Origin: Candidatus Eiseniibacteriota bacterium
Lineage (GTDB): Bacteria > Eisenbacteria > RBG-16-71-46
Direction: 5' to 3'
Assembly: GCA_005893365.1 (NCBI GenBank)
Contig: VBPB01000021.1
Location: forward strand, 1-36,400
Length of the DNA: 36,400 bases
The notes beneath the pieces are model-generated. The model was given only the letters and a program-made list of their open reading frames with translations, was not told the DNA's origin and made no database searches. Of this stretch, positions 23,841 to 32,745 are shown piece after piece. The translations under genes and the position numbers were made by a program. Position 1 is the first letter of the stretch. Every line of letters begins with the position of its first letter.

Positions 23841-26803
23841 CGTGCCTCCGTCAATCGTCCGGCGCTGCCGACCAGGACGAACGGCGCCCAGTAGAACGGT
23901 GAGCGCATGGCGGGATCGGCGATGAGCGCGCGCTTGGCCTGGGCGAGGGCGGCCACGCCGGGCTCGCCCTGGCCGAGCAGCCCGCGATAGAAGCGCTCCA
24001 TCAGCACCGCGGTCGAGCGGTCGTTCACCTTCCACAGGCTCACCATCACGCTCTGGGCCCCGGCCGCGAGGAACGCGCGGGTGAGGCCGATGACGCCCTC
24101 GCCGCGCACGACACGCCCGAGTCCGGTCTCGCACGCCGACAGCGTCACGAGGTCGGCGCCCAGGTGGAGCCCCAGGATATCGGACACCGAGACGAAGCCC
24201 GGACCCGAGCCGTCGGCCGCGGCCGCCATCCACAGTCCCGAGCGCTCGGGCTCGGCCTGGTTCGCCTCGCCGTGCGTGGCGACGTGGATGAGGGCCGCGC
24301 GCGGCAGCGCCTCCAGGCCGAGCAGCCGGTCACGCGTCGCGTCCCGCCCGGTGAGCGTGGCGATCGGGCGCCGGCCGGCCAGCGCTCCCAGGGCCGTCAC
24401 CTCGGCCGCCGTGTTGGGCAGCGCCGCGAGCCTGGGCCCGGCGTCCGTCGACTCGGCCGCGAAGGCCGGATCCCCGAGGGCGACGATGCCGGTGCCGGCG
24501 CCCGCTCCCGAACGCGTCGCGAGCGCGCTCGCCGAGGGCGTGTAGGAGATGGCGTAGCGCTCGACCAGGTAGGCCCCCCTGGGCGCCGGTCCGTCCGCGA
24601 TCGCGTCGGCGGCGAGCAGCGCCTCGAACGGCACCAGCGCCAGCGGACCGTCCGGGGCGACGATGAGATGATCGACGCCCTTGAGCGCCGGCAGGGCGGG
24701 CTCGACCAGCGCGCGGTAGAGCGCCCGCGCCGCGGTGCGCGTGCCCTTCGCCTCGGCGGTCGCCGGGTCGGCGAGCCCGCGGCGCAGGATCTCGATGCGC
24801 GCGCGCAGCGCCTTGCGGGGCGGCAGCGTGAGGTGGGTCCACGCGCGGCGCTTCACCACCCAGAGCGAGGTGCTGGAGTCGCTGGTGCTGTAGGCGAGCA
24901 GCGCCTCGCGGTCGGAGGCCAGCAACCCCTGCGCTTCGGCGAGCGTGAGCGGCCGGGCGCGCGAGCCCGTGCCCCCCGAGGCCGCCACGAGATCGAGGAG
25001 CGCCCGCGCGCGCGCCCGCTCCGACCAGTGGAACGCCTCGGCCGCGTAGGCGCTGTCGGGATAGCGGGGCTGGAGCCGCGTCAGCAGGTGGATGAGCGCC
25101 TCGAACGCGTACAGGCGCTCGGACAGGAGCGCCACCGATTGATGCTCGGCCCCCTGCTCGGCGCGCAGACCCTCGATCGACTCCGCCGCCTGGCGATCGA
25201 AGGCGAGGGCGACGGCGAACTGGCCACGGCGCTCGGCGACGTCGCCCAGGCCGAGCACCTGCGGCCACTCGAAGTCGGGGGCGCCGGCCCGGCGGGCGAG
25301 CGTCAGCGCCTGGGTGAAGTGCGCCTCGGCCTGGTCCAGGTGGTTGCTGAGCGAGGCGACGACCCCGAGATTGTGGATGGCGATGAACCGCTGGCCCTCC
25401 TCGGTCGCGGCGGCCATCGAGCGGGTGAACCACGCCTGGGCGGCGGCGAAGTCGCCTCGATCGATGGCCTGCCCGCCCAGGCTGGCGGTGACCGAGTTGA
25501 CGAGGATCGAGTCGCCGGCGGCGACCGCGGCGTCCAGGGCCCGGCCGCCCAGGCGCTCGGCGCCCTTGGGGTCGTCCTCCATGCCGGCCAGGATGCTCAG
25601 GTTGTCGTACGCGGCGCCCTGGGCGTCGCGGTCGCCGAGCGAATCGGCGATGGCGAGGGCGCGCTCGAGCGGCGGGCGTGCCCCCACGGCGTCGCCGAGG
25701 TTGAGGCGCACCTGGCCCGCGGTGAGGAGCGCCCCGCGCAGCAGCTCGGGGTCGCGGGCGGCCGCGGCTGCGTCGCGGGCCTCCTCGAGCCTGGCCAGCG
25801 CCGCGGTGAAGTGGCCCTGCCGGCGCAGCACGTCGCCCATGCCGGTCAGCGCGTTCGCCTGCCCGGCGGCGGACTCGCGCTGGCGGGCGATGGTCAGCGC
25901 GCGCTCGAACCAGGGCAGCGCCGAGCCGGGGCTCGCCCCGACGCTCAGCATGTGGCCGAGGTTCTGCACCACGTCGAAGGTGCGGGCGCTGTCGCCCTGG
26001 GCGACCGTGAGCGCCAGTGCCCCGCGGAAGTAGACCGCGGCCGAGTCGGGCCACCCCTGGGCCACCGCCACGTTGGCGAGCAGGCCGAGGGTGGAGCCGA
26101 GCGCCGAGCGCTCGCCGGTCTGCTCGCGCACCGCGCGCGCCTCCTGGTAGAAGCGCCAGGCGTCGTCGTAGCGACGCACCCGGTAGGCGACGCTGCCGAG
26201 CGTGTTGAGCGCGTTGCCCACCATGCGGTCATCCCCGATCGCGCGCCGCGCCGCCAGCGCCTGCCGGTAGAGGCTGTCGGCCGCGACCAGGTCCTCGCGC
26301 GCGAAGGCCGTCGCGCCGAGCGTCCCCCACACCCAGGCCACGCGCCGCGCCTCGCCCAGCCGCTCGTACCGGCGGAGGGCGGCGCCGAGCAGGCTGTCGG
26401 CGCGGTCGAAATCGCGCGCGTCCCGCGCGGCGGTGCCCGCCGACTCGGCGACCGCGGCCTCGACCCGCTGCCGGCGCTGCTCGGGCGTCCAGCGGGCGCG
26501 CAGCCGCATCGCGCCTTCGGCGATATGGCTGCCCAGGGCCGCCGCCTCGGCACCCGCGACCCGCCGGGCCAGCGCCAGCAGTCGTGCCGCCGAGTCCGCC
26601 CGTGCCAAGGTCGCGCGCAGCTCGGCGACGAGCAGGGCGTTCCAGGCGTTCTCGAACTGGGCCCCGCTGGCCTTGACCGCGGGGGCGAGCACGCTGTCGG
26701 GCCCGGCGAAGCGCGCGTACGGCTGGCCGGCGGCCGGGAGCGCGGCGAGTGCCAGCGCGGCGAGCGCGACGAGCGCGGGCGCCCAGCGGGCGCGGCTTCG
26801 CAT
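23837..26803 (-). CDS. TPR-repeat CHAT-domain (caspase-like) protease, with signal peptide
   Basis: Signal peptide MRSRARWAPALVALAALALAALPAAG. About 500 aa of TPR-like repeats (..NALNTLGSVAYRVRRYDDAWRFYQEA..). The C-terminal CHAT domain carries a His/Cys dyad context (LIHVATHG and LVTLSACETG) and ends ..PFYWAPFVLVG. SD AAGGAGA upstream. Confidence 0.9.
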   Translation of the reverse strand: MRSRARWAPALVALAALALAALPAAGQPYARFAGPDSVLAPAVKASGAQFENAWNALLVAELRATLARADSAARLLALARRVAGAEAAALGSHIAEGAMRLRARWTPEQRRQRVEAAVAESAGTAARDARDFDRADSLLGAALRRYERLGEARRVAWVWGTLGATAFAREDLVAADSLYRQALAARRAIGDDRMVGNALNTLGSVAYRVRRYDDAWRFYQEARAVREQTGERSALGSTLGLLANVAVAQGWPDSAAVYFRGALALTVAQGDSARTFDVVQNLGHMLSVGASPGSALPWFERALTIARQRESAAGQANALTGMGDVLRRQGHFTAALARLEEARDAAAAARDPELLRGALLTAGQVRLNLGDAVGARPPLERALAIADSLGDRDAQGAAYDNLSILAGMEDDPKGAERLGGRALDAAVAAGDSILVNSVTASLGGQAIDRGDFAAAQAWFTRSMAAATEEGQRFIAIHNLGVVASLSNHLDQAEAHFTQALTLARRAGAPDFEWPQVLGLGDVAERRGQFAVALAFDRQAAESIEGLRAEQGAEHQSVALLSERLYAFEALIHLLTRLQPRYPDSAYAAEAFHWSERARARALLDLVAASGGTGSRARPLTLAEAQGLLASDREALLAYSTSDSSTSLWVVKRRAWTHLTLPPRKALRARIEILRRGLADPATAEAKGTRTAARALYRALVEPALPALKGVDHLIVAPDGPLALVPFEALLAADAIADGPAPRGAYLVERYAISYTPSASALATRSGAGAGTGIVALGDPAFAAESTDAGPRLAALPNTAAEVTALGALAGRRPIATLTGRDATRDRLLGLEALPRAALIHVATHGEANQAEPERSGLWMAAAADGSGPGFVSVSDILGLHLGADLVTLSACETGLGRVVRGEGVIGLTRAFLAAGAQSVMVSLWKVNDRSTAVLMERFYRGLLGQGEPGVAALAQAKRALIADPAMRSPFYWAPFVLVGSAGRLTEAR

Positions 26804-26900
26804 GACGGTCTCCTTAAGGGGGGTGTGCGCGAAACCCGACGACCGGACGCGGATGCGTGGGCCCGCGGCGGACGCAGTGTACGCCGTCGCGTCGGGCCTT

Positions 26901-26926
26901 GGAAACCCGGCCGGCCTCGACCGGCC
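26901..26926 (-). terminator. Putative intrinsic terminator after the iron permease gene
   Basis: Minus strand reads ggccgg-tcgagg-ccggcc (6-bp stem) followed by gggTTTcc, ~40 nt downstream of the stop at 26964. Confidence 0.35.
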
Positions 26927-26963
26927 GCCCCGTCGAAGCGGCCGTTCCGGCGCGGCGCCCCGC

Positions 26964-27395
26964 TCAGGCTTCCTCGTCCAGGTCGAGACGGCCGGTGTCG
27001 CGGATCCCCTTGCGCAGGTCCTCGCGCGCCCGCCTGGCCAACCTCGCGTAGCTCGAGCGGATCTGGTCGAACTCGTGCTCCTCCAGCTCTTCGAGGTCCA
27101 TCAGCGCGTTGTGGGCGCCCTCGGTCACGCGGATGAGCTCGTCCAGCTTGATCTGCAAGGCCTCGGAGTCGCGGTTCTGCGTGTTCTGGATCAGGAACAC
27201 CATCAGGAACGTGACGATCGTCGTACTGGTGTTGATGACCAGCTGCCAGGTGTCGCTGAAGTGGAAGATCGGTCCGGTCACGGCCCACGCCGCGATGACC
27301 GCACCCGCCAGCACGAACGCCGAGGGTTGACCGGTGGCGTGCGACGTCGCCTTGGCGAAGACCGTGAACCAGGACGAAGACTTGGTGGGCCTCAT
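26964..27395 (-). CDS. Low-affinity iron permease family protein
   Basis: ..FAKATSHATGQPSAFVLAGAVIAAWAVTGPIFHFSDTWQLVINTSTTIVTFLMVFLIQNTQNRDSEALQIKLDELIR.. is the characteristic core of this family. Start at ATG 27395 with GGAGGT upstream. Confidence 0.85.
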   Translation of the reverse strand: MRPTKSSSWFTVFAKATSHATGQPSAFVLAGAVIAAWAVTGPIFHFSDTWQLVINTSTTIVTFLMVFLIQNTQNRDSEALQIKLDELIRVTEGAHNALMDLEELEEHEFDQIRSSYARLARRAREDLRKGIRDTGRLDLDEEA

Positions 27396-27467
27396 GAATG
27401 ACCTCCGGGTTGGGAACGGCCGCACCGGCCACCTCGACCGGCGCGGCCATCGCGGAACGACCTCGCG

Positions 27468-29729
27468 TCAGGAGCCGCTCGGGGGGCGCGGCGTGGACCG
27501 CTGTCCGGGGAGCCACCAATTCCACCGCCCCGAAACGGCCATCAGCGCCGGCACCAGGACCCCGCGGATGATGGTGGCGTCCAGCGCGACGGCAAAGGCG
27601 AGCCCGAGGCCGAACTCGCGCGTCGGGATCAGGCGGGTGAAGCCGAACGCGGCGAAGATCGAGACCATGATGAGCGCGGCGCTGGTGATGATCCCCGCGG
27701 TGTTGCCGAGCCCGAGCGCCACCGCCTTCGTGTTGTCGCCGCTGATCAGATACTCCTCCCGCACGCGGCTCAGCAGGAACACCTCGTAGTCCATGGACAG
27801 GCCGAAGAGGATCGTGAACAGCATCAGCACGACGAACGCGTTCAAGCCCCCGGGAGGATGGAGGCCGATCAGGCGCGCGCCGACCCCCTCCTGGAACAGG
27901 AGCACCAGGAAGCCGTACGCGGCCAGGACCGAGATGGTGTTCAACACCGTCGCCTTGAGCGGAATCAGCAGCGAGCGGAACACGACGGCGAGCACGATGA
28001 AGGTGGTGAGGACCACCCCCGCCACCACCCAGCGCAGGCGGCCGAAGATCTCCCGGTCGAAGTCCACCAGCACCGCGGCGAACCCGCCCCACTGGACGCT
28101 CAATCCCGCGGCGTCCGGTTCGGCCCAGCGCCGCGAACGCAGGTCGCGCACGTAGGCCATGGTCGCCGGGTCCTCGGGTGGCCCGGGCGTCATCAGGACC
28201 ATCATGCCGACGCGGCCGTCCGCGCTCGACACGCGGCGGGCCACCCCGCGCAGCGACTCGGGGAGCCGGGCGAGGGGGCCTGCGGTGTCGGCCGAGGCGG
28301 CCGCCTCCGTGCCCATCGTGGACTGGAGGGCATCCCACACGTCCAACACCTGGTGGAGGCCGATCACCGCGCCGCTGCGCGGATCGCGCGCCAGGCGATC
28401 GGCGAGTGCCGCGACCGCCGGCCGGCTCGCGGCGTCCCACAACGTGCGGCCGGCCGGCGCCTCGATCAGCACGATGATCGGCGACATCCAGCCGTAGGCA
28501 AATTCCTTCCCGAGCCGCTCGTAGCCGCGCCGCGCCTCGTCGGCGGCCGGCAGGTGAGCCGCGCCCACGTTCCAGGACTTGAGCCGCGTCACGGGGATGA
28601 CGAACACCAGGAGCACCACCGACGCGAAGGCCAACGCGACCCAGGGCCGCCGCATCACCACGCCCGCCCAGGACACCCAGAAGCGTCCGCGGCGCGGGTC
28701 CGAGGCGGGGGCGGCGACCGCACGCCGCGGCCAGTGAAGCGCGGGGCCGGCCAGCACCAGCAGCGCCGGGAGGAGCGTGAGGGAGGCCGCGACCGCCGCC
28801 GCGACCACGAACACGCCGCCGAGCGCGATGGTGTGGAGGAACGAGGCGCGGACCATGAACAGCGCCAGGAACCCGACCGCGACCGTGGCCCCCGAGAGCA
28901 GCACCGAGTGCCCGGCGGTGCGCACCGCGGCCTCGGCCGCCTCGACCGGGGCACGTCCGCGACCCCGCTCCTCGCGGAAGCGATTGACCACGAACAGCGA
29001 GTAGTCCACGCCCACGCCCAGGCCGATCATCGACACGACGTTCTCGGCGAACACCGTGACCGGGGTCCAGGCGTGCAGCACATAGAGTCCGGCGAACCCG
29101 ACCGAGACCGCCACCATGGCGAGCAGGATCGGCAGCAGCGCGGCCAGCGGGGCGCCGAAGACCACGAGCAGGATGACGAGCGTGATGGGAAGTCCGATGC
29201 GTTCGGCGGCCACCAGGTCGGCGGAGGACGCGACGTCCACGGCATGGACCGCCGCGGTGGCGCCCGTGATCTCGACCGTCACCTCGGGAGGCATGCGCGC
29301 GGCGGCGATGGCGCCGCGCAACGCCGCGGTGAAGCGTTCGGCCTCGAGGTAGGCGTTGATGTTCGGCGTCACGACCATCAGCGCAGCGTGACCGCTGCGG
29401 CCGATCAGCTCCGGTCGCGAGGAGTTCCAGGGCGTCTCGACGGAGCGCACGACGGCCAGCCGGCCGACCTCGCCCGAGAGCCGCCGCGCGGCCACCGAGA
29501 AGCGCGGATCGCCGGCGCTGAGGTCGGGACTGCTGAGGACCAGGAGGTACTGGTAGAAGGCGCCCTCGCCGAACGCGCGCACCAACTCGCGCTCGACGTG
29601 CTCCGAGGGGCTCCCGGCGATGGGGTCCGTGCCCCCGCGCAGGACGGCGGGAAGCCGCGCCGCGACGATGCCGGCGAGCACGGCGATCACGACCCAGGCC
29701 ACGAGGACGATGGCCGGATGCGCGAGCAT
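27468..29729 (-). CDS. MMPL/RND-superfamily membrane transporter
   Basis: 753 aa with two blocks of ~6 TM helices separated by soluble loops. Motifs ..GVGVDYSLFVVNRFREE.. and ..GLSMDYEVFLLSRVREEY.. are typical of MMPL proteins. No good SD at 29729, so the true start is uncertain. Confidence 0.9.
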   Translation of the reverse strand: MLAHPAIVLVAWVVIAVLAGIVAARLPAVLRGGTDPIAGSPSEHVERELVRAFGEGAFYQYLLVLSSPDLSAGDPRFSVAARRLSGEVGRLAVVRSVETPWNSSRPELIGRSGHAALMVVTPNINAYLEAERFTAALRGAIAAARMPPEVTVEITGATAAVHAVDVASSADLVAAERIGLPITLVILLVVFGAPLAALLPILLAMVAVSVGFAGLYVLHAWTPVTVFAENVVSMIGLGVGVDYSLFVVNRFREERGRGRAPVEAAEAAVRTAGHSVLLSGATVAVGFLALFMVRASFLHTIALGGVFVVAAAVAASLTLLPALLVLAGPALHWPRRAVAAPASDPRRGRFWVSWAGVVMRRPWVALAFASVVLLVFVIPVTRLKSWNVGAAHLPAADEARRGYERLGKEFAYGWMSPIIVLIEAPAGRTLWDAASRPAVAALADRLARDPRSGAVIGLHQVLDVWDALQSTMGTEAAASADTAGPLARLPESLRGVARRVSSADGRVGMMVLMTPGPPEDPATMAYVRDLRSRRWAEPDAAGLSVQWGGFAAVLVDFDREIFGRLRWVVAGVVLTTFIVLAVVFRSLLIPLKATVLNTISVLAAYGFLVLLFQEGVGARLIGLHPPGGLNAFVVLMLFTILFGLSMDYEVFLLSRVREEYLISGDNTKAVALGLGNTAGIITSAALIMVSIFAAFGFTRLIPTREFGLGLAFAVALDATIIRGVLVPALMAVSGRWNWWLPGQRSTPRPPSGS

Positions 29730-29943
29730 GCGGTGGGTGAACGTGCGGCCTTTCAGTGCCGGGGCCCTCGCTCGGGTGGATCGTGCCCGCCGCGGAGTCT
29801 CGGCCAGCGCCTGCCCGAATGCAACGGCCGAAGCGCCGCCGGCCGGGGGCGCGAGACCCCCGGATCGTCGCGTCCCGGACGGCCGTGGCCCGCAGCTTGG
29901 TGTGCCTCGCCGCGTGGCCTATCCACCCGGGCGACAAGGGGAC

Positions 29944-29949
29944 TAGACT
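29944..29949 (+). promoter_or_regulatory. TAGACT -10-like hexamer upstream of the di-haem cytochrome gene
   Basis: ggggacTAGACTcgg lies ~72 nt upstream of GTG 30022, in the correct orientation. It is the same hexamer seen upstream of three minus-strand loci. Confidence 0.3.
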
Positions 29950-30021
29950 CGGAGCCGTGCGGACGCGGCGGGCCCGATCGACCACGGCCCGGGTGTCGCG
30001 GGCCGCCGGAGGGTCGATCCC

Positions 30022-31716
30022 GTGAACGGAAGCCTGCCGGGCCTCGCGCGGCGCATCCTGGCCGCGTCGCTGGTGCTGTGCGCCGCCGGCTGCGCGGCCC
30101 TGTCCCACATGAGCGGCTCGAGCTCGGACCTGCGGGCGATGCGCCATGGCGCGGGGCACCCGGCCGACCTCGGCCAGGCCCGCTTCGTGTTCGACGACTT
30201 CGGATCGCTCAACACCCGCACGCTCGAGACCTACGCCTCACCGTGGAAGCTCTACACGACCGCCGTGCTGATGATCGAAGCGCCGCGGCTCGGGCTGCCG
30301 GTCGAGCGATCCTCGTTGCGCCCGGTGCTCGAGCAGTTCGGCTTCTTCTTCCCGGATTCGATCGGCAACTGGGACCCGCGCGGCGGCCCCGCGCCCGCGT
30401 TCGCCGGCCCCCTGGGATCGACCCGCGCGATGACCCACGGCTGGATCCCATGGCTCAGGCTCGAGGTGCGCAACACCGGCTGCGCCGCCTGCCACGGCGG
30501 ACGGCTCTACGACGCGCAGGGGATGCCGACGCGCACGGCGTGGATCGGGCTGCCCAACACCTGGATCGATCTCGAGGGCTATTCCGAGTCCACGTTCGCG
30601 GGCCTCAAGCTCGGCATGCGCGACGAGCACGCGTTCCTCGAGACCATGGAACGCGTGTATCCCGAGATGTCGTGGGGCGAGCGCTTCGTCTATCGGCACG
30701 CGGTGGTCCCGCGACTCCGGCGCGCGCTCAAGGACATCGTCGCCGCGCGCGATCGTGCCCTGGTGTTCGACAACGGCGGGCCGGGGCTCGCTAACGGCGT
30801 CGCGTCGCTTAAGTACCAGCTCGGGATCATCTCGAAGCGAGACTATGCCGCCCAGGAGATGGAGATCGTGTCGATTCCCGATCTCTCCGACCGCGCGCTG
30901 CGTAGCTCTCTGCTCGTGGACGGCACCTATGCCGTGCGCGGGGACACGCGCTTCCGTTCGTTGACGTGGGCGCAGGCCCCGCCCGACCCGCTGGCGCGGC
31001 TCGCGGACATCGTCTCGTACTTCACCATCACCACCTCGGGTAACGACGCGGCGACCGCCGAACGGATGACCCCGCGGGTGCAGGAGGCGCTCCGCTCGCT
31101 GGCGAACTACGCCCCGCCCCGGTTCCCGGGGACGGTGGACGACTCGCTCGCGGCCCGTGGGCGCGAGGTGTTCACCACGCGCTGCTCGGGCTGCCACGGT
31201 CGCTACGAGGCCGGGGCCATGCGGCCGCGCCTCGCCGAGTTCCCGAATCGGCTGGTGCCGAGCGAGCGCATCGGCACCGACTCGTTGCGCTGGAGGTCGG
31301 TGGACGATTCCGTGCTGCGCTGGCAGGCGCGCAATCCCTCGCATCCCATCGTCCGCCACATCGAGATCGCGCGCACGGGCGGCTACGTCGCGCCGATCCT
31401 CACCGGCGTGTGGGCGACCGCTCCCTATCTGCACAACGGCTCGGTCCCGACGGTGTGGGCCCTGATGCACCCCGACGAGCGTCCCGCCCGCTTCGAGGTC
31501 GGCGGTCACCGGCTCGACTACGCGCGCATGGGGATCGCCCTCGAGCCGGACTCGGCCGGGGTGTGGCGGCATCCCCGCGGCGACCGGCCGGGATCGCGCC
31601 CGGTCGTCTACGACACCGCGCAGCTCGGCCGCGGGAACGGTGGTCATCGCTTCCCGTTCCGCGCCATGAGCGAGGAGGAAAAGGCGGCGGTGCTGGAGTA
31701 CCTGAAGACGCTCTAG
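30022..31716 (+). CDS. Di-haem c-type cytochrome, CCP/MauG- or RoxA-like, exported (possible lipoprotein)
   Basis: Two CxxCH motifs (CAACH and CSGCH). ..GVWATAPYLHNGSVPTVWALM.. is typical of the di-haem peroxidase-like superfamily. Signal peptide ARRILAASLVLCAAGC. SD GGAGGG upstream of the GTG start. Confidence 0.75.
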   Translation: MNGSLPGLARRILAASLVLCAAGCAALSHMSGSSSDLRAMRHGAGHPADLGQARFVFDDFGSLNTRTLETYASPWKLYTTAVLMIEAPRLGLPVERSSLRPVLEQFGFFFPDSIGNWDPRGGPAPAFAGPLGSTRAMTHGWIPWLRLEVRNTGCAACHGGRLYDAQGMPTRTAWIGLPNTWIDLEGYSESTFAGLKLGMRDEHAFLETMERVYPEMSWGERFVYRHAVVPRLRRALKDIVAARDRALVFDNGGPGLANGVASLKYQLGIISKRDYAAQEMEIVSIPDLSDRALRSSLLVDGTYAVRGDTRFRSLTWAQAPPDPLARLADIVSYFTITTSGNDAATAERMTPRVQEALRSLANYAPPRFPGTVDDSLAARGREVFTTRCSGCHGRYEAGAMRPRLAEFPNRLVPSERIGTDSLRWRSVDDSVLRWQARNPSHPIVRHIEIARTGGYVAPILTGVWATAPYLHNGSVPTVWALMHPDERPARFEVGGHRLDYARMGIALEPDSAGVWRHPRGDRPGSRPVVYDTAQLGRGNGGHRFPFRAMSEEEKAAVLEYLKTL

Positions 31717-31726
31717 GTTTAGGCGC

Positions 31727-31752
31727 CGCCCGGGGGCCGCTTGGCCCGGGCG
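31727..31752. terminator. GC-rich hairpin between convergent genes
   Basis: cgcccggg (31727-31734) pairs with cccgggcg (31745-31752) around a 10-nt loop. It lies between the cytochrome stop (31716) and the nitroreductase stop (31764). Confidence 0.35.
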
Positions 31753-31763
31753 CAGACCCGAGG

Positions 31764-32745
31764 TCACGCGCCCGGCGGCGCGAGCAACTCCTCCGCCGGC
31801 AGGCGCGGCGTGGGTCGCGCCGGGAATCCCGCCGGCGCCATCCCGACGCGGAGGACGTTCACCAGCCGCGATCCCGCGGGGATCGCGAACTGGCGCCGGA
31901 TCTCGGCGTTGGCGCGCTGCGAGTCGGCGAGGACCGACATCGGGCAGAGCGCCAGTCCGGACGCGGTGACCTCGAGCCAGCGCCGATAGAATGCGCGGCC
32001 GGTCACGAACGGGTCTTCTCCGATCGGTGCGGTGAGGAGCAGCAACGCCCCGCCGCATCCACTCGAAGCACGGCGGGGCCATGAGCCAGCGGCCCGCCAC
32101 GCGCTCGAGGCCGCTCAGGGCCAGCGCGTCGGCATTCAGTCCATCGCGGGCCCAATCGGGATGGGCGGGCGAGAGCCGGATCCAGCGCCACGTCTCGCGC
32201 CAGTAGCGCGGATCGAGGAGGAACTCCTCGGCGGCCTCGTCGGCCAGCGCCGCCAGCTCGCGGATCCGGGCACGACCGCGCACCACCGAGACGCCGGACG
32301 GGGCGAGCCGCCGCTCGAGCGCATCGAGGGCGGCGGCCGGGGCGCGCGCGAACGAACCGCGGAATGACGCGCGCCGCGCGACGGCCTCGGCGAGCGGGTC
32401 GGCCGGGCCACCGCGAGCGAACGAGAGCCGCGCCTCGAACGGCGGCCCCGGCGACGAGGATCCGCGCGCGCCCCGGGCGGCGATCTCGGGAGGACCGGCC
32501 GCGAAGCCGCGCCGCGAGAGGGCGATCGCCATGCCCTCCCCCGCCGCGCCCAGGCTCAAGCGCACATCGTGGCCGCTCGGGTCGGCGATCGGCAGCGTGC
32601 GGGTCGGATCGGCGCGGAGCGCCAGGACCCCAGGCTCGGGCGCCGCCCAGCGAGCGGGCTGGATGTTGTGCACGCTCGGTGCGCGCCCGGCCTCGGCCAC
32701 GAGTGCCAGCAGGTCGGCTCGGGCGAGCGGGGCGACGACGCTCAT
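31764..32745 (-). pseudogene. Nitroreductase-family (Acg-like two-domain) FMN oxidoreductase, interrupted by a frameshift
   Basis: The N-terminal part MSVVAPLARADLLALVAEAGRAPSVHNIQPARW...LALRADPTRTLPIADPSGHDVRLSLGAA.. is in one frame (from 32745). The C-terminal part LLLTAPIGEDPFVTGRAFYRRWLEVTASGLALCPMSVLAD.. (ORF 31764..32045) is in another. The switch must lie in 32046-32112, near a G-run. Its start overlaps the GNAT-like stop (ATGA at 32742-32745). Confidence 0.7.

Noticed and set aside
25945-30159. 1404-aa minus-strand ORF spanning the CHAT, iron permease and MMPL loci
   Set aside because: It runs through three independently supported genes in other frames and through intergenic regions. 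Its composition is dominated by R/G/P/A. It is a shadow ORF.
24164-30794. Plus-strand ORFs 24164..27136 (990 aa) and 27858..30794 (978 aa)
   Set aside because: They are antisense shadows of the CHAT and MMPL genes. They cross intergenic regions, and one runs into the real cytochrome gene in a different frame.
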